Positions 28,619 through 42,503 of a stretch of 64,000 bases of DNA are shown here, piece by piece (positions within the stretch are counted from its first letter, which is position 1; each line of letters begins with the position of its first letter). The notes beneath the pieces were generated by a model. That model made no database searches. It saw only the letters and a list, made by a program, of their open reading frames with translations, and had not been told where the DNA came from. Source of the DNA: Eledone cirrhosa (Eukaryota). The stretch lies in NCBI GenBank assembly GCA_964016885.1, contig OZ024742.1:134354001-134418000 (forward strand), given 5' to 3'. A program made the position numbers and the translations under genes.

Positions 28619-28676
28619 CCAAAAAGCAAATCAAGCTAAACAGGTTTTGACCTGTTTAGCTTGATTTGCTTTTTGG
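28619..28676. repeat. Perfect 27-bp hairpin with TTTG loop
   Basis: CCAAAAAGCAAATCAAGCTAAACAGGT-TTTG-ACCTGTTTAGCTTGATTTGCTTTTTGG. Confidence 0.92.
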
Positions 28677-28869
28677 ATTAGGTGGTTGATGCTTTCTTGA
28701 CCACTATTTAAGTTTTGTATGGCCTCTTAACATATTGTTTTTGCTTTGGTTTTTTAACTATCGAGCGCTTGCCAGTATCATACCTGATTTTTGCGTTTCG
28801 TTTCGCCTTTTCTACCCGCCGAAATGAGATTCTCGCTGAATCTCTCTCTCTATATATATATATATAATC

Positions 28870-29305
28870 AAATAGTGTATTGCTCTACATGGTTGAATAC
28901 AATAGATATAATCTTCAGTTTTTCGAATATTAATAATAATGTTTGATTCATTTGCATTCATGCAAACAGCCTCTTTAAACCATGTCAGTAGAATGACCAT
29001 GTGATTCTTGCTCTTGTATTTGCATGTAAACAGAACTGCAAACACTAATGTGTCTGGGTGATACCCTTCATCAGTACAATACTCTGCTTACCTGCCAACT
29101 GCTAGAGCTAGTGAAAATATATATTTTCTAAAATATACAGTGACTGATTGGGCTGCTTTGCATATTAGCAGACTGCCTGATCAATGACATCTGCATATTA
29201 ACACACCCACTGATCAGCAGATAGGCCAGTCAGTTTCACGTATACGAGCGATTAATGGCTAACGAATCAAATATGATTATTAATACTCGAAAATCTCAGA
29301 TTATA
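28870..29305 (-). mobile_element. PLE-like repeat with decayed hammerhead (29037-29078) and short inverted terminal copy; same family as 41360-41720
   Basis: Minus strand: TGTA-CTGATGA-A-GGGT ATC ACCC-A-GACA-CATTAGTG-TT-TGCA. 29254-29305 is an inverted copy of about 28905-28958. Confidence 0.75.
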
Positions 29306-29311
29306 TATATT

Positions 29312-29342
<31 letters not shown>

Positions 29343-29801
29343 ATGCGTGTGTGTGTGTGTATGCGTGCGCATGTGTGTGTGTGCGTGTGTGCGTATGTGT
29401 GTGTGTGTATGTGTGTGTGTGTGTGTGTATTATTGAATAAAGCGACAAGAGGCCGGAAATTTGAAACTCCTTTAACATTGTTATTATGTAGGCTCAGGTC
29501 CTATATATATTTCAATAAGGGATCGGACATAGGCTGTCCCCGAATCAAATATTGTTGTCTTTATTTTTGTCTACGTGTACACAACCTGCGTTCACCTTGT
29601 TTCCTTTATAACTGCTATGCAATGCACCTGACGATATCACAAGAAACTTACTGGTCATTGAAAGAAATATAGGGCCTGCAGAATAACAACTTTCAAATTT
29701 CCGCCATCCTCCCTCGTTATTAAAAATGTTTAACTCCATCCACGCATCAGAGTGAACTACACAGAATGAAAAGATCTAACATGTGTTTAACCATAAATTT
29801 A

Positions 29802-29899
<98 letters not shown>

Positions 29900-29920
29900 A
29901 AGGGAAATATTAAGAGAGAG

Positions 29921-29973
<53 letters not shown>

Positions 29974-30295
29974 AAAATGAGGGGTTTCTATAAAACAGCA
30001 CAAAAGAAGAAAAACACATATCCTATATGGGTGAAAGTATGAGGAAAAGAAATAGAAAATACAACTGCAGTATTTCTGTTTCAACAGCTCTTAAACATAA
30101 CTGGAGTTCTATAACAATCCAGCTCCTATAACACTTGGCAGAAGCGAAGGTGTATGTAGTCTTGACAACCACACATGAGCGAGAAATGGAATTGTCAATA
30201 ACTTCCTTTGCTTTTGCTTTAACATTTATAGTAAATGGTCTACAAAATGTTCTTAAATAAACAAACAGGATATTATCAAATAAAGTATACGTGCA

Positions 30296-30333
<38 letters not shown>

Positions 30334-30702
30334 TACATAGTGTAAATTGGGAACATTCAAATATTTAAACAAAATATAACTGGTATTTCATGGAATAATC
30401 AAATGCTGCAAATTTTATATTTATGCCAATTTAATGTGGAAAGGTTAGCACTTATAAGTTCAATGTGACCGCAATTTGCTTACCTACTGTTTACTGAATG
30501 ATGTATAATATTTTATTTTTCAATTGAGTGAATGTAAGCCTTCATTGAAGATAGACAGTCGTGAAAGTCTGTTGGACATTGCTTCAACTGCACCCCCATA
30601 CCACCCAAAATAACAAATATTCAAACCTGGCGAGCTAGAGATGCAGACATCTTCAAAAATTATTACACGGCGTTCTGTACAAATATGACACGACGTGAAT
30701 AA

Positions 30703-30891
30703 TAATGATTTCTACTTTTGGCACAAGGTCGGCAATTATCCCAGTACATTACTGGTACTTTATTTCATCGACCACGTAAGGATGAAAGGCAAAGTTAACC
30801 TGGCGGGATTTGAACTCAGACCATAAAGGGCTGTAACTCTTTGCATCAAAGTATGGCGTCCGACCCTCTACCGATACTGCAAATCTACCGC
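30703..30891 (-). mobile_element. SINE, near full length
   Basis: A and B boxes plus core, as in the other copies. Confidence 0.9.
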
Positions 30892-30959
30892 TTGCGACCT
30901 GCCCTGGGAGACGTGGGATGGATGCACATATATTGCGTATCCTGAGACTCCAAAGAGGG

Positions 30960-31290
30960 TTCGGATGGGAGGAAACCTTGACCATTGACATCACAACCTT
31001 TAAAGGAAAAGCACAGAATCTCGTGGGGTAGGCTAGGTGCTACTGGAATGATATCAATGGGGCTTCCACAATAAAGTTCCGTGGCTCTTATACTGTAGAT
31101 CTTGATGGAAGATGTAAACTTCACTATTCAGGTATGCTGACAGAAATAAATGCACAGACGAGAGAGGGGCTACTCACAACACCACATATATGAGAATGTC
31201 CTATGGACAGGTTCCCATTATGAAGGACGATTTGCCTCTAGAAGCTAATGCTGTACGACAAGGAGTCCGTATACAGATCCTTCCTTAACG
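30960..31290 (+). mobile_element. Decayed RTE-type LINE APE endonuclease N-terminus
   Basis: Manual translation ITTFKGKAQNLVG*ARCYWNDINGASTIKFRGSYTVDLDGRCKLHYSG...AQTREGLLTT resembles RTE APE (T.TGK..ELV...Y.LDIVG.S.TK..GS..LDGGWKL.YSG...AGVGLL). Confidence 0.55.
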
Positions 31291-32254
31291 AAGGCACTGC
31301 AACTTTAAATGTATTTATGACGACTTGGAGAGGGATGGGATCCGCCAGTCTTTTCATTCCCAAAAAACTTATTTCAATACGGCGCCTCTACGACTCTATC
31401 AGGAGTTATGGGACCATAATGCACATTTTGGCACTGTCCACCTGTCATTTGAAGGAACGGCGAGCCCGATCTATATATGAATGGAAAGGCCATAATTGAC
31501 GTCTGGTCTAGCAACGTATTTCTGTGTAAAATTGATAAACACATTTATTTAGTTTAGGAGTCTAGATGGTCGTCCATCAAATGACATAAAACACAACGAT
31601 GTAAGTAATTGACGGTAGTACATATGCCGTTATTTATTACAGTATTCTAATTATCAAAACTATTAGCACTGAAACTGGTTGTTTAAGAAACTGAATTATA
31701 GTAGAAGTTTATACCTATGTATATGCAGATTCAATGTGACTTTGACAATAAATGCATATACAGTTTGACACATTTTTAGTATAAAGAAAGATGCACACTC
31801 TTTTAAATTCTGAACAAACATTTGAAACACTTTTTGGTTTTCAAACCCAGTTGGATTTTCCATAGGATGCATCTTAACGTCACACACTTACATGGAATTA
31901 CGTAATCAAATCGAGGTATGTATGTAAGCTATCAGTTTAGTATTTTAGTATTAAGTGATGTATATATGTGAGTATTATTCGTACAATGTCGTAAGTATCC
32001 GATTTACCCGAAGTTAATCGAACTGGCTCCGACATGGATTACAAAATGCTGTAATAATAAGTAAGAATACAATTCTTAATGTTCGTACAGACATAGTATT
32101 CCAGAAATAAAGACAACATCATCGGGTTTGAAGCAAACATGTTTATATATCTACTCGATCATAGCCGATCTACTTTAACATCTACAACACAAACGAGACT
32201 GCCCAAATTACTATTCTATGATATTGCTGAAGGACATAATTTAGTTGACTTTTA

Positions 32255-32380
32255 TGACTATGAGCAGGATGACGATGTTGTTGTTAATGATGACGATGAT
32301 GATGATTGCGATCATGTTGATGATAACGAAAGTTGTGATGATGATGATGCCGATCTTCATCATCATCAAAGTTATCATCA
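32255..32380. repeat. Degenerate (GAT)n low-complexity tract
   Basis: Direct reading; it explains the Asp- and Met-rich ORFs. Confidence 0.8.
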
Positions 32381-32890
32381 AAAGAATAAAAAGGTTAACA
32401 GCTCTAGACATCGTTATCATCGCGACAATATGGAAAATTATGGTGATATTAAAATTATCCTTAACATTAAGTGATGTAAATTGTTTTATTAATTGAATGA
32501 CAATATATTAAGAAATCCGGAAGATTGAATCAAAAATTGTTAAGACATTGTTGTTTACCTCAGACAAGAAACAGACGGAAAAGAAAACTTCATTCTAAAA
32601 AGACAAAAAGATAAATGTATATATCTATCAACAGTATCTTCGCTTTTTACCAATATACTCTTCTATATTTTTATATTTACATTTAACTGTCTATTTGATT
32701 CTCTTTGTCTCTCTCTTTCTCCCTCCCTATCTCACTCTCCTTTTCATACATAGACACACACAAATAGTATATATTTCTATAATTACATCTGTACCTATCA
32801 TCCTGTAAATCTGTATGTCGCCCTGTTCCAATCTCTTTCTCCCTTTGTCTTTACTCTTTTCCCCTCTCTCTCTCTCTAGCTCTCTTTATA

Positions 32891-32974
<84 letters not shown>

Positions 32975-33868
32975 GTGTGTGCGTATGTGTGTGTGTCGGT
33001 GCCTGTGTCAATCCATACACCTGTATGTCTCATTACTTATTCTATACGCTTTAAAATGTTCTTTTCTATTATTTATCAATTCTTTGATGTGGGTTTGCTC
33101 TTTATTAAATATCTTATATTGTCTGGTAATGTTGGTAATTTTTGTAAATATTTTGATTATTAGGAAGAGAAATGTAACCACTCTACTTCCTATAGTCTGA
33201 AATCATTAATATTTTTCATAGAATTGCGTATTGTTTGTTTCTAATAGTCATATAGACAATTAGACGTGAGATTCGTATTTTTTTAATAGATGAACGCAAT
33301 TACGCATTGTTCAGGGAAGGAAAGTCAGATAAGAACGGCTTCTACAGCAGTATTTTAGCTTATATTATTCGAAATAGTATACATGAATTCATATGTTTCT
33401 TTCAACGATATTCAGATTATATATAACAGATTTTCTTTTACTTCTATGGCCATGGTTTTATGAATTAACAAAAATAAAGATTCGGGCGATTATACAGTGG
33501 AATCACTACCAAAACTGATTAGTTTTGAATAGATAAGCTTAAATGCTAATATACACGAGGAAGTATGGGCACACCAGGCCGTATCATCACATATTATTTG
33601 TTTGGAAGAAAATACTTAAATAATTCAATTAATTTTATCAAAGAATACACGTTGCGCATATCAAAGTATTAACTTTACTGATTCATAATTTTAGACACAA
33701 AATTCAATGTTTATTAACAAAAAAAGATGTTTAATTACACGTAAATCTTCGAAAAAGACTCACTAATGACCTTGTAACAAGAGTGATGATATAGAAAGAA
33801 AATTAATTTAAACAGAATTAAATGTGAATCAATCAGGTGCTACATATTACAATGCATTATATTTTGTC

Positions 33869-34052
33869 GGTGGATTGGCAGTATCGGTAGAGGGTCGGCC
33901 ACCATGCTTTGCAGCACAGAGTTATGGCCCTTTATGCTCTGCGTTCAAATCCCGCCGAGGTTAACCTTGCCTTTCATCCTTACGGCGTCGATAAAATAAA
34001 GTACCAGTAATGCACTGGGATAATTGCTGGCCTTGTGCCAAACGTAGAAACA
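33869..34052 (+). mobile_element. SINE, near full length, with 13-bp TSD
   Basis: ATTATATTTTGTC duplicated at 33856-33868 and 34053-34065. Confidence 0.92.
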
Positions 34053-34799
34053 ATTATATTTTGTCCTGGATATAATTTTCTTTCAGCACTATAAAGAAAC
34101 TTTAATCTGTAAACGTAAATCACTTCATCAGATGGCCTCGAGAGTAGTGGTTATTCTGATGAACCTTATTTGTAAAAATAGATTGAGAAAGTATTTATTT
34201 GCAGAGTATACGTACAGCGTTCAACAGTAATGCAGAGAAATACAGTCGAAACTTAACGAATATTTACTATCCGACCTCGACTTTCACGAGTGTAAATATC
34301 AAAATGAAATTTTCTAGAATGAAGATAATAAAAATCTTTCTAGACTTTCAGAAAATCTCTCAGAATCTAACTGCAATTTGGCTTTGTTTACATTACATAG
34401 CGTTTCCTTTTACAATATATGGTAGCATGGACAAATATTGTTATTCAAACAAATATTATTCTGTCATCTTTGCTGATGAAGCCCAAAAGTCGGTTGTATA
34501 TTATTTAATGCGTTTCTCAGAAATCATGTTCCCCACAAATTTTCTTCGCTTTACTTATTTAGTCTTTGTATTAATGTTAAAGTACGTGTGGAATATAACA
34601 GCTAGATTATCTTCGATTTCAAATATAACAATATTGCCCAGCTAATTGACAAATACTTTCAAACACATTGAACAGACAATGATTGGATGTCCTGTTCTAG
34701 GTGCAACAATGAAAATAGCTTTTACATAATGCATTATACAATAATGATAAAGAAAAACAAGATAGGTGGGGGGAATCCACCACCAAGTGCGACAATCGT

Positions 34800-35500
34800 C
34801 CGTGCATCACATCTTAGGGATTAACTAAAGACCTTGAGGAAAGCAAACACGCCCCCAGAATTATTAAGTTTGATGGGGTTGCTAAGTCGCTGAAATAACC
34901 AAGCACCCTCATGGGTATACCTGACACTTCAGTAACGTGAGCCACCAGTATTGGCAAGAACCTCTCTGTCAGAGGCCCAACTTTACCAAACGTCTCGAAC
35001 GCCACAGGCTGGATAAAATAATTATTAGAAAATCCAGGTATTTCCGAATTTTATTCCGTTCGTCAACGGAAGCAATGACCTCCATATTTACCGAGGCGTC
35101 CATGATTTTGGAGGGATCAAAAGTGTCAGTGACTGTGTCGATACTGATGTGACACCTACCACTTACACACGCACAACTGTTAAGGACGTCAGGTCACTTC
35201 CCATCGCTTTTGGTTACACCAGCCGGTTCCAAAACTGTGGGAATATTTACCCGAGTAACGGCCCATTTCATGATTAAGTTTAACCTCGCTGTGGCCAGCA
35301 AGACGACCTGCATTTAGGCGGCACAACAAACCATTTAGACCGGTGGAGTTGAGGGACCTAGACAGCAGCATCTCAGACCCCCACAGACGTCGGCTCCCAC
35401 TTGAGGTGCAATGGAGATGCGGGGCTCATCCTGACCTAGAATGGCACACAGGCCGGCCACTGGCACGGCATCAGAAAACAGAAACGCTTGGTAAATCGGC
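34800..35500 (-). mobile_element. Decayed CRE-like non-LTR retrotransposon 3' region (Zn knuckle plus restriction-like endonuclease)
   Basis: Minus-strand translation with frameshifts: GLLCRLNAGRLAGHSEV...IPTVLEPAGVTKSDGK*PD...VTDTF...KIRKY...PVAFETFGKVGPLTERFL. It is collinear with the ORF at 59601-60392. Confidence 0.8.
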
Positions 35501-35624
35501 GACATATGGAAGATTGTCTTCTAGAATGTAAAAAAAAAAAGAATGCCCCAACTAAAAATTAAAATATTATAATATAAGCCTAAAGCTGACAATAAAAATC
35601 CTCCTAATCTCAATGTATTAATAT

Positions 35625-35670
35625 AGCGGTGGATTGGCAGTATCGGTAGAGCGTCGGCGCTGAAGATGCT
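35625..35670 (+). mobile_element. SINE 5' head fragment
   Basis: GCGGTGGATTGGCAGTATCGGTAGAGCGTCGG. Confidence 0.75.
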
Positions 35671-35876
35671 TCGTCCTCGAGGACTCACGCTAATTTTGAC
35701 AACCACAAATTTGAAAAAAATAAATAAACAACCCTCACTCTCCAGGACTCATGGTAGATTTTTTAGACTTATTTTATGAATAAAATAGCGTCTTCGACGG
35801 CGGGAAATACGGTAAGTATGCAATGGGGAAATTTATAAGAGTTAAAGGAGGAGGTTTGGTTAAATTGATGCATGCA

Positions 35877-36101
35877 TCACTTCCCTTTTTCTGACTGAAT
35901 CGATGGGAAATAACTTGGGCGTTTAAAGATAGTGGATTCCATCCAGTTCCAAGTCAGATTACAGCTTATTTCTTTCAGAGAAAGATGCAACTGCTTCGTG
36001 ACAAAGTTCCTGACTATTTGTCTCAGAGGTTCCAGATTTTCAAGACATAGATTGGTACTACATATATCAGCTAAGATTCCTAATTTAAATACGTCGGTCA
36101 T
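35877..36101 (-). mobile_element. Possible hAT (Buster/Charlie) transposase remnant
   Basis: KLGILADICS...VRNFVTK...FPSI loosely resembles L.YLADIFS.LN...I..F..KL...FP.L; weak match. Confidence 0.3.
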
Positions 36102-36367
36102 CTTGAATCGTGCATATTCCCATAAATGTAGAAGTCACTGAGAGTTTTCCTATTTGAGAGCCTAGATAGCATCAAGCGGATAAAGACAACGAAGCTAAAA
36201 TAAGTCATAATCGCTGGATAAATGTATTGCGACAGAATGAAATCCCTTCGAATGTTATTAGCAATTGATTCTCAACAATACCAGTCTAAAACCATGTATA
36301 TTTACAAAAGACTCAGTATATATGTGTATGCATCTATGTATGTAACGGGTTAGTACTTTTACCGATT

Positions 36368-36835
36368 TTGGAAATCTGGGGGAAGATAGCTCTAAATAGG
36401 TGCGAATGTAGACAGCGCATAAAGGGTAGTTGCAAAACTGTTGATGAATATCGTTTAGAACATAAACAACTGAAGCGTCATCTCCGGAAGAGCTATGCTC
36501 ACAGTCTTGATGAAGTCATCAGTAGTTTGAAATGTTATTTATGTCAACGGGTACTTCTCTCAACGGCTGATTATGTAAATCACCTGAAGTCACATGAAAG
36601 GATAACCACCTCCAACACCACTCAAAAATGTCCTGGATAAACAAAGTGTGTACAAATAGTTCCAGACTAAAAAAGCATATGCGGGTATATACAAATTTGT
36701 GTCCCACAATGTGACACCACCAGTCCTGTGGAAAGCACAACTCTTCTGTCACCTGTGTATTAACCATGCACATCTACAGCTGACCTACAATGTCATGGAC
36801 GCCGATAGGATGATAACGAAGAATCAATAAGAGAC
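36368..36835 (+). mobile_element. RTE-like LINE 3' end with C2H2 zinc-finger remnants
   Basis: WGKIALNRCECRQRIKG...R...KR.LRK...CYLCQR......VNHLKSH matches the RTE C-terminus (W..LA.DR..WR..I..G, then C2H2). Confidence 0.7.
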
Positions 36836-36903
36836 GCGAATCGTCCATGAAGACGCTGCAATCCTCCTGTATGTATGAACTTCTGGTTTCATAATGTTAT
36901 AAT

Positions 36904-37090
36904 TGTTTCTACGTTAGGCATAAGGCCAGCAATTACCCAGTGCATTACTGGTAGTTTATTTTATCGACCCCGTAAGGATGAAAGGCAAAGTTAACCTCGG
37001 CGGGATTTGAACTCAGAATGGCAAGGGCCGTAATTCTATTCGTTAAAGCATGGCGTCCGACCCTCTACCAATACTGCCAATCCACCGCCC
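36904..37090 (-). mobile_element. Full-length SINE with 17-bp TSD
   Basis: TTTCATAATGTTATAAT duplicated at 36887-36903 and 37091-37107. Confidence 0.93.
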
Positions 37091-37399
37091 TTTCATAATG
37101 TTATAATGTTTTACCAATAGACACAATAATCTTTCATTGGAATTTAGACAACGTCAACATATCTGCATGCGTGCGTGTGTGTGTGTGCAGGCATGGATGT
37201 TATTGTATGTGTGGATGTATAACTTTTGAGTTTTATGTGTGCATGTGCACATGCTTTGTATCTGTACATGTGAATATACTGTTATTACATGCAGCATTTT
37301 GGAATGTTTTACATATTTTTATTTTTCCATTAGTCAATTGTATTTGTAATTTCTTAACTAGTCGTGTTCTTTCTGGTTTGTGAAACCCACTTCTTAAGA

Positions 37400-38295
37400 T
37401 GTACTGTTGTAGTTTCTAACATATCCAAGTGCCCCAAAAGTACCATATCCAAGTGCCTGAAGGTAACGACTGGAGAATATGTAGATTCTTCATTCGTCCT
37501 GCATAGATATTGTTCTTTTTACTAATCTTTAATATTACATTGGAATCTGCAGGTCACTGGACTTCCAGTACGCTGCATGCCTTCTTTTCCCTATCCCATT
37601 TCATTAAATCAGGTCTGATATGCCTGCCTTTTATTTGAATTTTCACAGGAAATTTCCACCAGTACTCTTTCATATGTTGTATGTATACGTCTTTCACATT
37701 GCTGTAGAATTTAATACGTTTCTTTTCAGTGCTATCTATTCTACGGATTGTATTGCATAGTGTTTTGGACACATCATGGCTCATATGCAGAGAGTACAGT
37801 GATGACCTCTTTGGACAGATACTTATTTTGCTGAGTGTGAATTTGTTGTCCCATCTAAGTGTTTTGTATGCACCCTCTCCCTTTTACGAATCAGGTATTT
37901 TTATTGATTTCCTGTTCTGGGATTGAAAAAAAAGCGTATCCTTCAACGCTAGGGCCGATATAGCGGTCGTTGGTGCAAGACTAATTTGCATATCTATATT
38001 ACTCTCCTACTGAAGCCTCCTGGCAACATATCCATGCATGATATTTTGCTGATAATCAAGCGGCTTTTCATCCAAGGAATCATTGTAGTATGGCTACGCA
38101 ATTTTCCTCGTTGTGAGTTTTGAATATCACCGAGGGAGTATCTTTGAAGGAGTTTCTTCCCAACGCACATGACCTTATCTGTCTCATGTAGATTGTCTTG
38201 CTCAATAGATTGGCTCCTACATGTGGAGGTTCATAGATGTTGTCGGAGGGATAAGATGGTACATTTAAATGCTGTCTGGACTGATGTTAACCCTC
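37400..38295 (-). mobile_element. Decayed R4/Dong-like RLE LINE 3' part
   Basis: Minus strand: GLTSVQTAF..., MHGYVARRL...NID, SHDVSKTL...YWW......RHIRPDLMKWDREKK.CSVLEV..PAD.NV, GALGYV. Confidence 0.75.
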
Positions 38296-38305
38296 TATCC
38301 CCCTG

Positions 38306-38444
<139 letters not shown>

Positions 38445-38708
38445 GGACAAACAGAGAGAGAGAAAGAGGTATGTAGATATATATATATATATATATATAT
38501 ATATTGAAAGGCAGCAATATACTTTAGTTCTTGTTGCTTCAGTCTTCTGTGCTTTACCTGTAATTCAAAGAGCCGTCCATGTCGCATGCTGTATAGTGCT
38601 GCACATGGCCGTGTAATTGTGAACTAACAGCACGTAAATTTGATGAGACAGTACTTCCACTGACCCAAAACCTTGGAATTCTCACTGTACCACTTGCGGT
38701 CTAATAAC

Positions 38709-38713
<5 letters not shown>

Positions 38714-38768
<55 letters not shown>

Positions 38769-38773
38769 ATGTG

Positions 38774-38819
<46 letters not shown>

Positions 38820-38915
38820 TGTGTGTGTGTGTGTGTGTGTGTGCGTGTGTGTGTGTGTGTGTGTGCGTGTGTGTGTATGTGAGTGTGTGTTTAGGAGTTT
38901 GTGTGTGCATGTGTG
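38714..38915. repeat. (TA)n(TG)n microsatellite
   Basis: Direct reading. Confidence 0.95.
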
Positions 38916-39060
38916 TTATTGAGGCCCATCTAACGTTATATTTCTTTCCACTGTCCAGGTAATATATTGATTTTGAGTTGTAGAAGCCTATTAGTATAGT
39001 AAGAATCTGGTGAAACTTCTACCTGAAACATCGTGTTGCTTGTTTTTTTTTAGGGGGGGG

Positions 39061-39252
39061 GGGTATTATTGGCAGTATCGATAGAGCGTCAGACTCCATG
39101 CTTTGCAGCAAAGAGTTACGGCCCTTTACAGTATGAGTTCAAATCCCGCCGAGGTTAACTTTGCCTTTCATCCTTACGGAGTTGATAAAATAAAGTACCA
39201 GTAATACACTGGGATAATTGCTGGCTTTCTGCCAAAGGTTGAAACAATTATT
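39061..39252 (+). mobile_element. SINE, near full length
   Basis: TGGCAGTATCG..., GAGTTCAAATCCC, core and tail. Confidence 0.9.
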
Positions 39253-40179
39253 ATCCTTTCGTCTTTATGTCAACGCTTTCTCATGAAAGTATACTCCATT
39301 TTGCATAATCATATATAAGTATGATATTAGGATGGTCATACGATTACGAACTTAGTTTTTCTTCATTGTGAGCCTACAAATCTTTAGTAGTTTCGTTAAA
39401 ACATATTTATTTATAAGTTATTGTACAATATGATCTAATTCCTAAATATATGTTCTTATTTTAAAAACAAGGTAATTTGGTAGAAATACAAAAGGAACAA
39501 GAATGATACAACTGTTGATGATGAATATGATGATGACCATCATCATGTCTATGGTGGGGGTACACATTGTGGGGATAACGTCATTAGTGTCGATCCTGGT
39601 GAAGATAAAGTTGATGTTTAAAATGACTATGAGAATTATGATAGTGACAATGTTAATGATGTTTATAGCCTTGCTGTTGATGTCGAGGTTGATAACGTGA
39701 TATTCTACATAATTATGTACGTAATAATGAATGGTATAATTTGTGATTTATCCACTGATTGCTCCTATCAATAATCTTACCGATGCTTATCCTGATTACA
39801 TTTATAACAATATTAATGAAGTTGATTCCAATGTGTATGATGCTATGGCAGCTACTGCGAATGGTGATGAGGAAGAGGACGTGTAGGAGGATGAATATAA
39901 TGGTGAAATTATTGATGACTATGATTCTGGTGCTGGCAACATTTAGTGAAGGAAGTGAAGACGATGGTGAGATAGACAATAAATAGCGGTGAAATATTTG
40001 ACAAACTATAATGACAACGCATTTTCAGGAGTCATTGGCATCATATTAAGTAAATATTCAGAGTCCAAGATTTATGTCTTATAATGGTAATGACTAAGAG
40101 GCTGATGATTATGATGATTATAATCATTACGAAGATTACGATGTTCATGGACATAAAGTTGTTGTACCTCGTCTAAAAA

Positions 40180-40810
40180 TAATAATTGTTTCTACTTTTG
40201 GCAGAAGGCCAGCAATTATCCCAATGTAATACTGGTAGTTTATTTTATCGACCCCGAAAGGATGAAAGGCAAAGTTATCCTCGGCGGAATTTGAACTCAA
40301 CCGTAAAGGGTTGTAACTATGCTGCAAAACATGTTGTTCGACGCTCTACCGATACTGCCAACCCACCGCTCTAATAATAATAACAACAGCAACAATAGAA
40401 ATAATTGTTTCTACTTTTGGCACAAGGTCAGCAAATAACCAGTGCATTACTGGTACTTTATGTTATCGACCCCGTAAAGATGAAAGGCAAAGTTAACCTC
40501 GGCGGGATTTGAACACAGAATGGTAACAATAGAAATAATTGTTTCTATTTTTAGGCACAAGGCCAGCAATTAACCAGTACATTACTGGTACTTTATTGTA
40601 TCGACCCCCGTAGGGATGAATAATGGTTTCTGATTGATGTATAAAGCCAACAATTTTAGGGAGAGGAGAAAATCGATTAAATCGACCCCCGTGCATTACT
40701 AATACTTTATATTATCGATGCCCTAAGGTTGAATGGCAACGCTAACCTTGGCAGGATTTAAACTCAACAAGTAAATCGCCGCAACTCTATGTCACAAAAC
40801 TTGTCCGCCG
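40180..40810 (-). mobile_element. Cluster of four head-to-tail SINE copies
   Basis: Copies at about 40180-40368, 40401-40521, 40535-40620 and 40621-40810 (older variant), all on the minus strand. Confidence 0.88.
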
Positions 40811-41359
40811 CTAACAGAGATTGTCATTCTTTAGAAATCATAAATGACATGACATCTCCTATCACGAACTGCATTGTAAATGGAAATGTCACAAAACATA
40901 AAACTCTGTGAACCTGAGAATGGAGGTGTTGAAGAAGGCTCATGGGGATAACGTGTAGGTAAAACTAAAAGGGGGTGCAATCATGTGATGCAGGTTGAGT
41001 TTCAGGACAATCTTCATTCTATTAATACGAATACATGTCTAATTTAAAGAAATAATATACAACGTGCTAATCGGTGCTTAACAGGATTATCAAGTGCCAT
41101 TATATAAGCAAAACATTGGAAAATGAATGTGCGATACCTGAAAAAGAATTAAGTAAATATATTTGCTGGGTACGTATTAAAAGAAGAGCTGCGTGTAATA
41201 AGAATGTGTGTGACAGGTAACTACAAAACAATGACACTGGCAGGGAATCTTAAAACAGAATTCAGTTTGATAAAACTGAAGAAATGATCTCAACAATACA
41301 GTAATGAAATGCTAAAGATAATTGTATCAATATGTAAGGCAACATATGCGTTTCAAGTG

Positions 41360-41719
41360 AGATTTACATATCAGCAGACTGGCCAGTCAGTGGATCTGCT
41401 AATATGCAGATCTGACTGATCAGCCAATCTGCTAATATGCAAATCAGGCCAATCAGTCACTGTATATTTTAGAAAATAGCTTATATTCTCACTAGCTCTG
41501 GCGAACAGTTAGATGTGCTGATGAAGTGTGATACCTAGAAACATTATTGTCTGCAGTTCTGTTTACAAGCCAACACAAGAGCAAGCATGATGAGTACGTT
41601 CTACTGACATGGCTATACAAATGATGCTTGTTTGCATAATTGCAAACGAATCGAATATTATTAATATTCGAAAAACTCAGATTGCATTTATTGTATTCAG
41701 TCATGTAGAGCAAGAATTT

Positions 41720-41720
<1 letters not shown>
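41360..41720 (+). mobile_element. PLE-like repeat with minimal hammerhead motif (41514-41555)
   Basis: TGTG-CTGATGA-AGTGTGATACCTA-GAAA-CATTATTG-TC-TGCA. Homologous to 28870-29240 on the opposite strand; ends in (TA)n. Confidence 0.75.
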
Positions 41721-41790
<70 letters not shown>

Positions 41791-42181
41791 TATATTTATA
41801 TATATATATATCATTTTTTTAAAATTAAATTAACAGATTAAAGTTTAAGCAAAGTATCGCTATATTCGCCCATATATATATATAAGCTACATCTCGTTTC
41901 GAAAATTGAAATATCTTGACCTTTTCTTCATTAGAGGGACGAGCACGACATTTCCCTCGGGGAATTAGATTCCTCTCTGCGTAAGCTGCAGTGAGAGTAA
42001 CACGAAAAGTACATGCTCACGCAACACACGTGAAGGTCGTTTAGATCAAATGAAGCATGTGCTTTAATTTTTTTTTAATAAAGGAAGACGATTCACTGGA
42101 CCAATCCCTTTCTCTGAACACCGGTTGCAGCTATTCAAAATGAAGAATTGTTTAACATCATTGCCTGCAAACGAGTCGCAA

Positions 42182-42305
<124 letters not shown>

Positions 42306-42459
42306 CCCTGCACACACAGAAAACATATATCCATATATACATAATTACCTAGTTTATGTTGTTTAGATTCTAATTAAAGAATCTTCTGTGTGCAGTAAAA
42401 TCTGACTCTCCGTTTATAATGGGGAAACACTTAAAATTAAATGAAACTAGAGGAATATG

Positions 42460-42503
<44 letters not shown>

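Noticed and set aside
32139-32496. Asp/His-rich and Met-rich ORFs (also 39503-39986)
   Set aside because: Degenerate (GAT)n low-complexity DNA.
34124-34165. Inverted TTCATCAGA/TCTGATGAA pair
   Set aside because: No convincing stems or GAAA/NUH arrangement on either strand.
34199-34645. 148-aa ORF
   Set aside because: TTG start, AT-rich composition and no recognisable domain.
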